Below, piece by piece: positions 53,301 through 64,000 of a DNA stretch of 64,000 nt; positions within the stretch are counted from its first letter, which is position 1, and every line of letters begins with the position of its first letter. Below the pieces are notes generated by a model. That model ran no database searches, was not told the origin of the DNA, and saw nothing but the letters and a program-made list of their open reading frames with translations. Made by a program: the position numbers and the translations under genes. The DNA is from Callorhinchus milii (Eukaryota): the NCBI RefSeq assembly GCF_018977255.1, contig NW_024704742.1, positions 31,002,001 through 31,066,000 of the forward strand, written 5' to 3'.

Positions 53301-56300
53301 TGCACGCTGAAGCAGCCAGTATTTTAACCTTCTGCAACAGGTTGCTATTGAAAGACCCAAAGCTTTTATAATAATAATCCTTGCATTTGATAGAGCATCT
53401 TATCAAGTCGTTGAGACATCTCAAAGTGCTTCACAGAATATACTATAAAGTGAATTGACTGTATATTTTGTGGGTGAAACGAGGCAGCCAAATGCACACA
53501 GCAGTGTCCCACAAACAGTCATGAATTGAGTAACCACATTTTTTTGAGGGCTTACCCCTGGAAAGCGATCTGCCAATTGACTAACATCGGTTCCCTCTGA
53601 CTGCCAGGTAAACAGAGGCATGTGAAGTAAGGAAACTTGGCTAAGGTTCCCCCCCGGGAATTGAACACGGGTCCTTACACTTGCTACGGGACTCCACGTT
53701 TCTTACTTCCATGTGGGTAAGCTCCTGGCTTCTGCTTGGCATCTCCCCGAGATGAAATGGGCAAGATTGGCACAATCCTTACCACCTTGTTATTCACCAT
53801 TATCACACTGTGCTAGAACCAGAAATTCTGGTGTTGTGCACGATGGTTCTTAGTGACAAGTATTCAAACTTGTCACTAAGATCCATCATGCACAACACCA
53901 GAATTTCTACATCATAATCATCTACTTCTCCAGAGCATGTCAGACAGAAAAAAAACTCTTCAGCATTTGATGTACACCAGGTAGTCCTACTTTTTGGCTG
54001 CCGCTGGCCAGATTCTCTATTTGAAAAAGGTTTGCTGGTCAAATAAGCAGTATTTTGTATTCCAGAAACATAGCATTTACACAGCATCTTTTTCATGTTG
54101 GAAGGACATCTCAAAGCACTTCTCACTGTTGGCTGGGCACCTGAGCTGGGGATGGGAGCCGAAGGTGGTGGTTTGCGGAGGAGAAAAATGACCGAAAGCG
54201 TGGCCAGAGTTAGGTTGTGACTTGTCTTGAACAAGGGGAGGGGGGTAGTGAGTCGGAGGAACTCCAGGAATTCAACTACAGAGAGCGTGGACAAAATGGC
54301 GACTTGAAGCAAGCTGGAGTTTGCTCTGCTGGGTCGGGAGGTTGCAGAGGTAGTGAGGAGGGTTTGAATGCAGGACATAGAGAAGTTTTTCACTGGGGAA
54401 CGAGGGAGCTTTCTGGGAGCCGAGCTCGCCCGGGGGAGCGCCGAGTGGGCCTGGGGGAGCGACACAGAACCTGTGTGAGCCGCTAGTTGGTCCACGCTGG
54501 TCTACTTAAACGCTTACCGTCCGCAACCAAAACTCTTCAAATTATTAGGATTTTCTTTAGCTTCACTGACAAAATTCAACAGTAGCAGCATGGAACAGGA
54601 TAAGTAAATTGCAAAATTCTCTTCTCTGCGCCTTTTCTAAAGCAATTCCGGTCTGTTTCTTTTTAAAAATGTTAAAAATGAAGAGCCATCTCACCAAACT
54701 GTGTAATTCGCAGCATTCAGCTCAATTGCATCCGTCGTCAGATTAAATGCTCGATTACTCCGTTCATCAAGCTTCAAGACAGCTCTGAAGTAATCATATA
54801 CATCTTGAACTAGTGGAAAAGTGAGAGGTAAAAAAGCACCTTTAGAAAAACTGATGATTTTCAACCCAATTAAACTCACTGAAAATAAGAAATGAAATGA
54901 GTAAAGAAATGAATTTCGAAAAGACTTTTTTTAAAAAAAACTCAATGCCACATCAAGCTTCTGATCCCAATGGTATATCTGCTAATGGCGTCATGACGTG
55001 GACCTCTGAATTTGCTGTGTTCTTCACAGCGTCTTCAGCCACTACTGCTCTCAGTCCACCTTCCCTTCTTCTAAATTTGCTCATATTCAAACCTGTCACT
55101 AAAAAAGCTGATCTGCTTACTTATCAGACTGCTGCTCTACTGTCCCTCTTGCTGTACTTCATATTCATGGAATTTACCATCAACTCGAATTATCCATCAC
55201 TTTGAAAGCTCTAGCCTAATCCCAGATTTCTAGCATGGACAATTTGGGCCAAATGGCCTGTTTCCGTGTCATATCATTCTATGTATTTCCAGTATGGTTT
55301 ACATTCTGTAGGCTTCTCAAGGGATCTTCTCAACTATTCTACATATCTGCGGGCTTTGCCCTTGAACAACTTAGGGACTCGTTGATCAATATAACAACAA
55401 CAATAATCCTTGCAATTGATACTTGTGCTTGATCACCTTGGTGAGATGTTTCAAAGCAGAATATACTGTAAAGTGAATTGACTGTATACTTTGCGGATGA
55501 AACACAGCGGCCAATTGCGCACAGTAGTATCACACAAACAGTCATGGATTGAATGATCAAATTATTATTGTAGAGGCAGGGAAACATTTAGTAAACTATA
55601 ACACAGTTAGATTTGATATAAAATTGAAAAAAGGGGTGCTGTGTGAGAGATAAAGCTCACACTGGAATGGAAAAAAAAATTAAGGAGATAAAGGAACTAG
55701 CAGATACCTTGGGTAGAAAAACTGGCAGATAAATCAATGGATGAATAGTCGGAAACTTTCAAATATGGAATGGATAGATTGAAAACTGGACATATTTCCA
55801 CAAGAAGGTGGTGTAACAAAAAAACTAGGGTTCCATGGATTAATTTTAAAAACTTAAAAAAGAAACACATGGTAAATCTAGAAGTAATGCAAAAGAAAAT
55901 CAATACACAGACAAACTTGTTCAAGCAACTAACTCCATTCAGAAACAACCCCATTAACAACCACCCTAGAACAGCCTAACTCAGAGGTCACTCGTTGTTG
56001 AAGACAGGTTTGATTTCAATACAACTTAAACTTATATAGTGCCTTCCATATCGAGTGGATGTCTCAAAGAGCTTGATAACAAACGGAATATCGAAATTAT
56101 AGAGGAGAAGTAAAAGAGAAAGGTTGCAAAGTCTAAGAAGGATTGTGATAAAAGACTGGCAGGCAACAAAGAAAAATACTAAAATAAAATTATAAATACA
56201 TACCAAGCAAAAGAATTGTTAAAGAAACGGTAGACCCAATTAGAGATGAAAGAGAAATCTTGGAATGGGGTTGAAGGAAAAGCAGAGACATTAAATGTGT

Positions 56301-59300
56301 TATTTCACCTTTTTCTAAACAAAAGAGGGCGATAGTGGGTTTGCGAGGATAGAAGAGGTGGAGGTGGAACAATTTGTAGAGAGAGAAATGAAATCCACCC
56401 AAAAAAAATTTTGATCGAAATTCAAAGTAGACAAGTCACCAGGGCTCAGGGACCTGGAACACTGAGGGAAGTCAGAGAGGCTGATAGGAAGTGTGTTTGA
56501 GGTTTGATAAAAATAGACTGGGGAAGTTATTTCCATCGGTCAGTAATTTGAAAGCATATATTTAAGATATAACACAGAGAGTTGTTAGGGCACATAATGC
56601 CCTGTGGTCGAGGCAGACTCCGTATTTGTTTTTAAAAGAGGGAATTATATATATATGTGAAAAGGAGAAATGTAAAAGGGAATGTGGAAAAGGAAGAAAC
56701 ATGGGACTAAATGGATAGATCTTTGAGACAGTCAGGACAAGCAAAATGACATATACAAATTTGCACAAATATTTCAAATTTAAAAATTATCTCCTTCTGT
56801 GCTGAAAATTTCTATGGTACTATAACAAGCCTCACAACCTCTTCTGATCTCAAGTGGGATCTCACATCTCCTCAGTAGCTAAAGCTGATCCAAGAAACTT
56901 GGTATCTTCTTTTTGTGACAGATATTTTTCTTATTGCCCCTCTTTCTTCCCCCCACCCCACTTCTCCCCTTCAACAAGTTTTAACTTATCTTTTAAAAAA
57001 AAATCTGAAATCTTTTGGGGAAGACATTAGGAAAAGGAACTTCCATGTTATAATTCTATCTTCATGTAATATTGGCTGTGAATAAAACAAATGTCTGTTC
57101 AATTAACAATCGAGCCTGCCTGTGACATGCTGTTCTCTTTGATGGGGACCTAGCGATGTTAAGAGAGTATGCACACTTCTGACAAAACAAGAAGACTGAT
57201 TATTTGTTTGCAACACAGACCCGATGATGATGGCAGAGGGTAGCTGTCTAACAGTGGTTCAGATAGTAGATGAGAAAGACAGCTTACAGGATCACCAGAG
57301 ACTGTTGGAAGAAAAATAATACTCTAACCCTTCCCCCACCCCACCGGCTGCCAAAACTCAAGATAGAATTTAAAAAAAGTCTTCTTAGACCTCAAGGACC
57401 CTCTCCACTGCTATCTACATCTGGAACCCTTCGTTCAATACTCACAGATCTCAGAATAAGCAATCTGAACAACTGGATTTGGTCCATCATCCTGTGGAAC
57501 GGGATCGATATCAGCCCATTCTTTTCTGTCTCTGTTGATAAAGGATGAACCTCAATTAATATTTCTTGCCCAAAATTGGAGCTGAAATAATTTTTTTCTG
57601 CCTTGGTAATGATGGAGTCAGTGCAATGTTAGCAGGTCTTTACAATACTCTCTCTGCGTTGCATAGAGATCTTATGTGTAAAGTTCAAAGAAACCTAAAT
57701 AATAAGGCACACTATATGACCTACATCAGTAACTCAAAGACTCCCATTTACTGCAGCTAAACAGGATTTTTGTGAAAATCTAACTTTGCACTTGAGATCA
57801 TAAGAGATAAGGAGAGCTGTACTCAACCGCAGGTACATAAATGACTACAAATCCTTAAGAGGAAACAAAAAGTACCAGGCATATGTACCAGCACTGCTTT
57901 CCCTCTCCAGCCCCACGATGCTGGGTCTCACTGAAACCCTAATTGAAATGCTGTAACTCAAACACAGGTCAGAGATCAAACCTCAGGCCTTACCAATATA
58001 ACTGAATCAGCAACATTTACAGAGTGCATTTGCCCACTTATCATCATAATTGCATTTCATATAGTGCAGATAATGTTAAAACGTCTCAAAGTGCATCACA
58101 GGTAATGGTCGTGCAGGGATTGTGTGTTTGTGGGCTAACTTAACAGCCAATTTGTGCACGTGTAAGTTCCACAAGCAGCCATGAAGTGAATGACAAATTT
58201 AGCTGGAGGATTGCTGTCCAGGCCGCCAGGAGAAACACCCTGCTCTTTCCAAATAGATTCATCGGAACTTTAATGTCCGTGTGAACAGGCAGACACAATT
58301 AAATATCTCATCTGAAGGACAGCACCTCTGACACCCCAGCATTTCCCCCGCTACTGAAATGTTTAACAACAGTAACGACAAAATTACATTTATAGAGCGC
58401 CTTTCAGATCGGGAGGACATTCCAAAGCGCTGAACAGTCAGGTGTCGAGGCCCGAGCATGGGGGAGGGGTGGTGTAGGGGTGAGGGAAGGCAGAGAGGTG
58501 GGAGGGTGACCAAAGGCATGGTCAAAGAGAAGGGACCTTGAAGGAGGCAAGGGAGGAAGCGAGGCGAAGGGACTGTGGGATGGAGTTCCAGAGTGTGGGG
58601 GCAGAGAGGCTGAAAGCCCGGCCATCAATGGTGGGGTGGGTCGGGCGGGAGACAGGAGTCCGCTGAACGGAGGGAGCGGGCAGATTGGTAGGGAGTCAGC
58701 AGATCAGAGAGGTAGGAGGGGGCAAGGCCATGGTTGGCCTTGAAAGTGAGGACGAGGATCTTGAATTCGATCCTCTGAGGGATGGGGAGTGAGTGTAGTC
58801 GGGCGAGGGTTGGAGTGATGGGGTCACGGAGCCTGGTTTAAATACTGATAAAGGGCTTCAACTCACAGGCAAAAGTGCTATTAACTGAGCTAAGCTGATG
58901 CCAGAGCCAAGTTGGTAACACTTTTTCATTCATGGAGTCACGGACTAGGAGTCCAACTACGTTTTTATATTGCTTTCAGCACAGTTTTTACAATGCACAT
59001 GGCCATAAAGCAGCCTGTGGAAATGGACCATTAAAGACCTTTTAAAATACAGTTTGAGTGATGCAAGGTGGAGTATGAACATGGTGAGTGGATGGTAATT
59101 AGCGCCTTAGATTAATATTCTTTCCATGCTGAGTTGACTCCGTTAGTTATCCTGTGAAGCATTTTGGGAGGTCGTACTGAAACACGTCAAAGAATATAAT
59201 GAAGTGCAATGACTGTGTGTGTGGGTGAACACAGTAGCCAACTCGCGCACAGCAATGTCCAGCAATGCTCACAAAAGTTTGAGTTGCCGCAGACTGACTC

Positions 59301-62300
59301 AGGATGAAAAGGCTGTCTTAGAGCCACTGGCAGCAGGACTGGTTCTGACGGCAAATGCCCCTTTGCCTCTCCCAGTGGTGTAAACAGTGCATAGATCGTA
59401 TGACATCATCACCTCCCACACGTGATAATAATAATCCTTACATTTGGTACAGCGTCTTTCACACCGGGAGGGCATCCCAAAGCGCTTCGCAGAACATACT
59501 GAACTGCACTGACTGTGTGTGTTTTGTGGGCAAACAGAGCAGCCAATTTGTGTAGAGTGATGTCCCACAAACAGCCATGGAGTGACCAATTTTATTTGGG
59601 GGATTATTGGCCAGGACACCAGGAGAAACTCAGATAGCATCCAAACACGCAATGCTTTTGTGTACGTGATACAATGTTGTCACTCTTTCTGTGAGTGCAT
59701 GGGAGGTGGTGAGCAAACCGAAAGCTGCACTTGCACATCAAGAGACTTTGTCCCAGCATATTCCCCCATATTCTCCTCTTGCTTGACGCACCATCAGTCA
59801 ATCAGTGAGAGATAAGTAACAAAAATATAATAATCCTTGCATTTGATATAACGCTTTTCACGTCTTCAAGACATCTCAAAGCTCTTCACATAATATACTG
59901 TAAGGTGAATCGATTGCATATTTGTGGGCGAAACACGAGAGCCAATTGCGCAGTTTCATTTTCTTGAATCTTAAGCCTTTAAATTTGCAAAGCAGTCTCC
60001 ACAAGAAGCACACTACACTTTGCAGTAAATCCTGTGAAGTGCCTCGAGATATCCTCATAATGTGAATAATAATCCTCGCATTTGATGTAGTGCATCATCA
60101 TGTCATTGAGACACCTCAAAGAATATATTGTAAAGTGAATTGACTGTATTTTGTGGGCCAAACGCAGTAGCCAATTGCCCATGTCAATGTCCCACAAACA
60201 GTCGTGGATTGAGTGACCAATTATTTTTGGGATGATTATCTGCTAATTGACTAACAACCAGACTAACAATTGACTATTTACTGCTGGAGAAACCGAGGCA
60301 TATAGAGTAAGGAAACAACAACAACAACAAGATTCCATTTATAAAGCGCCTTTCACGTCGGGAGGACGTCCCAAGGCGTAGCACAGTTGGGTCATGACCC
60401 GAGCAGGGGGAAATGGTCATGGTAGAGAGTCGAGAGGGGAGCTGAAGGCTCGGTCAAAGAGAAACTTGCCTAAGGTTTTGCCCTACCCAGGAATCGAACC
60501 CGGATTTTCTTACTTGAGATGCGAGCGATCCAACCACTATGCTACGGGACTCCACAAGAAAAGTGCTGTATCAAATGGAAGGTTTTTCCCCGCTTCGGAT
60601 AAGATATGAAAACGAGGTCCCGTCTATCTGTTCAGGTGGACATTAATGATCCCATGGCACTATTTCGAAAGAAAACCGAGTCACTCACGGGGTCCTGGCC
60701 AACAATCCCCCAAATAAAATTGGTCACTCCCTCCATGGCTGTTTGCAGAGTGTTGCTGTTCCCAATTGTGCTGCTGTGTTTGCCTACAAATACACAATCA
60801 CTCCATTTCACAATAAATCCTATGAAGCTCTTCGAGATGTCCTTCCGATGCTATATCAAATGCAAGGATTGTTATTATTTGTTTTTACTACGCCTAGCTC
60901 TAATCTGCCTGTTCTATCATCGTGGTTTTAGTCTTATAGCTCCAGTCTAGTTATCCGGGTGCATATAAAAAACACGCAACATAATAATCCTTGCATTTAA
61001 TATTGCGTCTAATCACGTCGTCGAGACGTCTGAATGGGCTTCACGGCGTATATTTTGAAGTGGCTTTGACTGTATTTTGCGGGTGAACACGGCAACCCGT
61101 TTGCGCGCAACAACCTTCCGCCGCAAACAGCCATGGAGCGAAGTGGGCAATTTTCATTTGGGGGATTGTTGGCCAAAGCACCGGAAGTCCTGTGGCTCAG
61201 TGGTTAGAGCACTCGCTTTGCAAGCGAGAGACCTGAGTTCAATTCCAGGCAGAGGGCGAAACCTTGGGCAAGTTTCCTTACTCCACACAGAGCCTAATAA
61301 TAATCCCTCCAAAACCCAAAACAATAATAAATTGGTCATTTTCAATCTACGACAGTTTGTGGGACATTGCTGTGTGCAATTGGCTGCCGCGTTCGCCCAC
61401 AAATATACAGTCAATTCACTTTACAGTGTGTTCTGTGAAGCGCTTTGGGACGTCCTCCCGACGTGAAGAGCGCTATATCAAATGCAAGGATTATTATTAT
61501 TATTATTATTAAGAGGGAAACTCGCGTCTCTTTTCGAATAGCGCCCCCGGGACCTTCACTGTCCCTCTGAACAGGCGGACGGGATCTTGGCTTTAACGTC
61601 TCATCCGAAAGCCGAGACCTCAGACAATGTAACACCCTCCAACATTGTATAATATATATATACACACACACACACACACCAGGGAGGGCTTCTGAGGACC
61701 GGGCGCCATATTGGAGAGACATCCTGGGCCGTAATAACAATATTTTTTGTTTTCTTTCCAGAAACATAAACGTAACATAATCTATGGGTTATGGAGGGAG
61801 AGGGGAAGGGGAGAGGGAGGGGAGAGGGAGGGGGAGGGGAGGGGAGAGGGAGGAGGGGAGAGGGAGGGGGGGGAGAGGGAGGAAGAGAGGGAGAGGGAGG
61901 GGGGAGAGGGGGGGAGAGTGAGGCGGGAGGGGGGGGGAGAGGGAGGAGAGGGAGGGGGTAGAGTGGGCGAGAGAAGGGAGGGAGAGGGAGGGGGAGAGGG
62001 AGGGGAGAGGGAGGGGGGAGAGGGAGGAGGGGAGAGGGAGAGGGGGAGAGGGAGGGGGGAGAGGGAGGGGGGGGGAGAGGGAGGGGAGAGGGAGGGGGAG
62101 GGGAGGGAGAGGGAGGAGGGAGAGGGAGGGGGAGGGGGGGGAGAGGGAGAGGGGGGGAGAGGGAGGGGAGAGGGAGGAGGGGAGAGGGAGGGAGAGGGAG
62201 GGGGGAGGGGGGAGAGGGAGGGGGGAGGGGGGAGGGAGAGGGAGGGGGGAGAGGGGGGGAGAGGAGGGGGAGGGGAGGGAGAGGGAGGAGGGGAGAGGGA

Positions 62301-62823
62301 GGGGAGGGGGGGGAGAGGGAGAGGGGGGAGAGGGAGTGGGGGGGAGAGGGAGGGAGAGGGAGGAGGGGAGAGGGGGGGAGAGGGAGGGGGGGAGGGGGAG
62401 AGGGAGGGGGGAGGGGGGAGGGGAGAGGGGGAGAGGGGAGAGGGAGGGGGGAGAGGGAGGAGGGGGGAGGGGGGGAGAGGGAGGGGGGAGGGGGGGAGAG
62501 GGGAGAGGGGGGGGGAGAGGGGGGGGGAGAGGGAGAGGGGAGAGGGGGGGAGAGGGGGAGAGGGGAGAGGGGGGGGGAGAGGGGGTGAGAGGGAGGGGGG
62601 GGAGAGGGACGGGGGAAGGGGGGAGAGGGAGGGAGGAGGTGGGGAGAGATGGGGAGAGGGAGAGGGAGAGCGAGTCAGACAGACAGTGATGGAGAGGCCT
62701 TCGGTACCTGTAGAATACATAATCCTCGGCCCCGGGTGAGCTCCTGCAGTCCGCCTGGGCCTCAGGCGGGGCCCCGGGGCAGCGCTGCTCCTCCCGACCC
62801 GACACCACCTCCTGCTCTGACAT
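47129..62823 (-). CDS. FNTA: Protein farnesyltransferase/geranylgeranyltransferase type-1 alpha subunit, 9 exons, 1158 nt, 385 aa
   Basis: complement join(62708..62823,57446..57531,54695..54809,53152..53256,52928..53054,51905..52053,49395..49457,48354..48525,47129..47353). GT-AG with consistent phases. PFTA repeats [40 protein letters not shown]. Confidence 0.96.
47565..47922 (+). mobile_element. L2 LINE 3' fragment with (TTG)n tail
   Basis: [43 protein letters not shown], the L2 ORF2 C-terminus. Confidence 0.8.
47925..48290 (-). mobile_element. Deu-domain SINE
   Basis: agtgccatgggat...gtccac...gtttaacatttcacccaaaa...ggggtttgaactc...ctaccaattgagc. Confidence 0.65.
48354..48525 (-). CDS. FNTA: FNTA exon 8
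   Basis: [57 protein letters not shown]; 172 nt. Confidence 0.95.
48614..48980 (-). mobile_element. tRNA-headed SINE, full length
   Basis: Reverse complement of the family consensus. Confidence 0.82.
49395..49457 (-). CDS. FNTA: FNTA exon 7
   Basis: [21 protein letters not shown]; 63 nt. Confidence 0.95.
49758..50605. repeat. Long inverted repeat (~200-bp arms), possibly a foldback or non-autonomous DNA transposon
   Basis: Perfect 28-bp IR core at 49837-49864 / 50493-50520, with imperfect extension on both sides. Confidence 0.75.
51324..51626 (-). mobile_element. tRNA-headed SINE, 5'-truncated
   Basis: Reverse complement of family body and tail. Confidence 0.8.
51905..52053 (-). CDS. FNTA: FNTA exon 6
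   Basis: [49 protein letters not shown]; 149 nt. Confidence 0.96.
52268..52630 (-). mobile_element. tRNA-headed SINE, full length
   Basis: Reverse complement of the family consensus. Confidence 0.82.
52928..53054 (-). CDS. FNTA: FNTA exon 5
   Basis: [42 protein letters not shown]; 127 nt. Confidence 0.96.
53152..53256 (-). CDS. FNTA: FNTA exon 4
   Basis: [35 protein letters not shown]; 105 nt. Confidence 0.96.
53368..53695 (-). mobile_element. tRNA-headed SINE
   Basis: Reverse complement of the family consensus with a deletion in the head. Confidence 0.8.
54695..54809 (-). CDS. FNTA: FNTA exon 3
   Basis: [38 protein letters not shown]; 115 nt. Confidence 0.96.
55800..56823 (+). mobile_element. 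Highly decayed CR1 LINE ORF2 fragments and 3' end
   Basis: A-rich sequence with remnants [20 protein letters not shown] and tail ccttctgtgctgaaaatttctatg. Confidence 0.55.
57446..57531 (-). CDS. FNTA: FNTA exon 2
   Basis: [28 protein letters not shown]; 86 nt. Confidence 0.96.
58370..58835 (-). mobile_element. L2 LINE 3' fragment
   Basis: Homologous to 19732-20150 and 27800-28135. Confidence 0.78.
60065..60553 (-). mobile_element. tRNA-headed SINE interrupted by a nested L2-type 3' fragment (60317-60460)
   Basis: SINE consensus gagtaaggaaac|ttgcc is split; GAAAC is duplicated on both sides of the insert. Confidence 0.75.
60595..60880 (+). mobile_element. Deu-domain SINE, partial
   Basis: ttcggataagat...cgaggtcccgtc...caggtggacattaatgatcccatggcactatttcgaa...caaggattgttatt. 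Confidence 0.72.
61184..61510 (+). mobile_element. Young tRNA-headed SINE (short subfamily)
   Basis: Intact A box TGGCTCAGTGG and B box GAGTTCAATTCC; (TTA)n tail; twin of 31251-31585. Confidence 0.9.
61793..62670. repeat. ~880-bp polypurine/polypyrimidine (GGGA/GGGGA) tract in FNTA intron 1
   Basis: Almost exclusively G and A on +. Confidence 0.97.
62708..62823 (-). CDS. FNTA: FNTA exon 1
   Basis: [41 protein letters not shown]|gtaccg phase 2 joins exon 2 to give the conserved YVxYRDR; in-frame stops directly upstream. Confidence 0.88.
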
Positions 62824-62824
62824 C

Positions 62825-63832
62825 CCACCAGCTCACTAACCACCAGCTCACTAACCCCCCCCACCAGCTCACTAACCAGCTCACTAACCCCCCACACCAG
62901 CTCACTAACCACCAGCTCACTAACCACCAGCTCACTAACCCCCCCCACCAGCTCACTAACCACCAGCTCACTAACCAGCTCACTAACCCCCCCACCAGCT
63001 CACTAACCACCAGCTCACTAACCAGCTCACTAACCCCCCCACCAGCTCACTAACCACCAGCTCACTAACCAGCTCACTAACCCCCCCCACCAGCTCACTA
63101 ACCACCAGCTCACTAACCAGCTCACTAACCCCCCCCACCAGCTCACTAACCACCAGCTCACTAACCAGCTCACTAACCCCCCCCACCAGCTCACTAACCA
63201 CCAGCTCACTAACCAGCTCACTAACCAGCTCACTAACCCCCCACACCAGCTCACTAACCCCCCACACCAGCTCACTAACCCCCCACACCAGCTCACTAAC
63301 CCCCCACACCAGCTCACTAACCAGCTCACTAACCCCCCCACCAGCTCACTAACCCCCCACACCAGCTCACTAACCCCCCCCACCAGCTCACTAACCCCCC
63401 CCCACCAGCTCACTAACCCCCCCACACCAGCTCACTAACCAGCTCACTAACCCCCCACCAGCTCACTAACCCCCCCACCAGCTCTCTAACCAGCCCCCCA
63501 CCAGCTCACTAACCAGCTCACTAACCCCCCACACCAGCTCACTAACCAGCTCACTAACCCCCCACACCAGCTCACTAACCAGCTCACTAACCCCCCACAC
63601 CAGCTCACTAACCCCCCACACCAGCTCACTAACCAGCTCACTAACCCCCCACACCAGCTCACTAACCAGCTCACTAACCCCCCACACCAGCTCACTAACC
63701 CCCCACACCAGCTCACTAACCACCAGCTCACTAACCCCCCACACCAGCTCACTAACCACCAGCTCACTAACCCCCCACACCAGCTCACTAACCCCCCACA
63801 CCAGCTCACTAACCACCAGCTCACTAACCAGC
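62825..63832. repeat. ~1 kb minisatellite with core CCAGCTCACTAA and variable C-rich spacers, directly upstream of the FNTA ATG
   Basis: Directly visible; units of about 12, 15 and 19-21 nt. Confidence 0.97.
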
Positions 63833-63917
63833 GCCCACTGTCTGACTGATTAACTCTCTCCCTGACCCCACTGTCCAGATCCCACACTAATATACCCACC
63901 GACCCGCTCAGCTCAGC

Positions 63918-64000
63918 TGCCCTCCCTGCCCTCCCTGCCCCCCCTCCCTGCCCTTCCCTCCCCTCCCTGCCCTGCCCCGCCTGCCCTCCCTGCCCCCCCT
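63918..64000. repeat. (CCCTG/CCCT)n C-rich repeat running to the window end
   Basis: Directly visible. Confidence 0.85.

Noticed and set aside
53803..54495. 230-aa minus-strand ORF in FNTA intron 3
   Set aside because: Largely overlaps a decayed L2 3' fragment; no coherent domain.
61184..61260. tRNA-Ala gene (also at 17003, 26823, 31510, 37602)
   Set aside because: A and B boxes are present but the acceptor stem does not close, and each continues into a shared SINE body and tail.
62825..63832. CRISPR-like or telomeric array
   Set aside because: Spacers are only C-runs, not unique sequences; eukaryotic context with no cas genes; the unit contains GGTTAG but not tandem TTAGGG.
61747..63899. 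Gly/Glu/Arg-rich, Pro/Ser-rich and VSELV/LVSW ORFs
   Set aside because: Translations of the polypurine tract and minisatellite; only 62708-62823 is FNTA exon 1.

Overview
Eukaryotic vertebrate genomic DNA. The repeat content (Deu-domain SINEs, L2 and CR1 LINEs, tRNA-headed SINEs with (TTA)n tails) points to a cartilaginous fish, possibly a chimaera; this is inference. Four intron-containing genes were reconstructed by hand with GT-AG junctions and consistent phases: (1) the last three coding exons of SMARCA5 on +; (2) complete 18-exon HGSNAT on - (629 aa, or 728 aa from an upstream in-frame ATG); (3) POMK on - (2 coding exons, with an apparent 1-nt frameshift near the C-terminus); (4) complete 9-exon FNTA on - (385 aa, with an acidic tandem-repeat tail). 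FNTA-POMK-HGSNAT order and orientation match human 8p11; SMARCA5 lies tail-to-tail with HGSNAT. The first coding exons of HGSNAT and FNTA are each wedged between two ~0.9-1.8 kb simple-sequence arrays, which generate the very long spurious ORFs in the track. Introns are dense in SINEs, L2/CR1 fragments, MITEs and several inverted-repeat structures. No prokaryotic systems, CRISPR arrays or credible tRNA/rRNA genes were found, and I see no clearly new multi-gene system; the best leads are gene-level oddities. Gene identities rest on remembered orthologue sequences, not database searches, and repeat boundaries are approximate.
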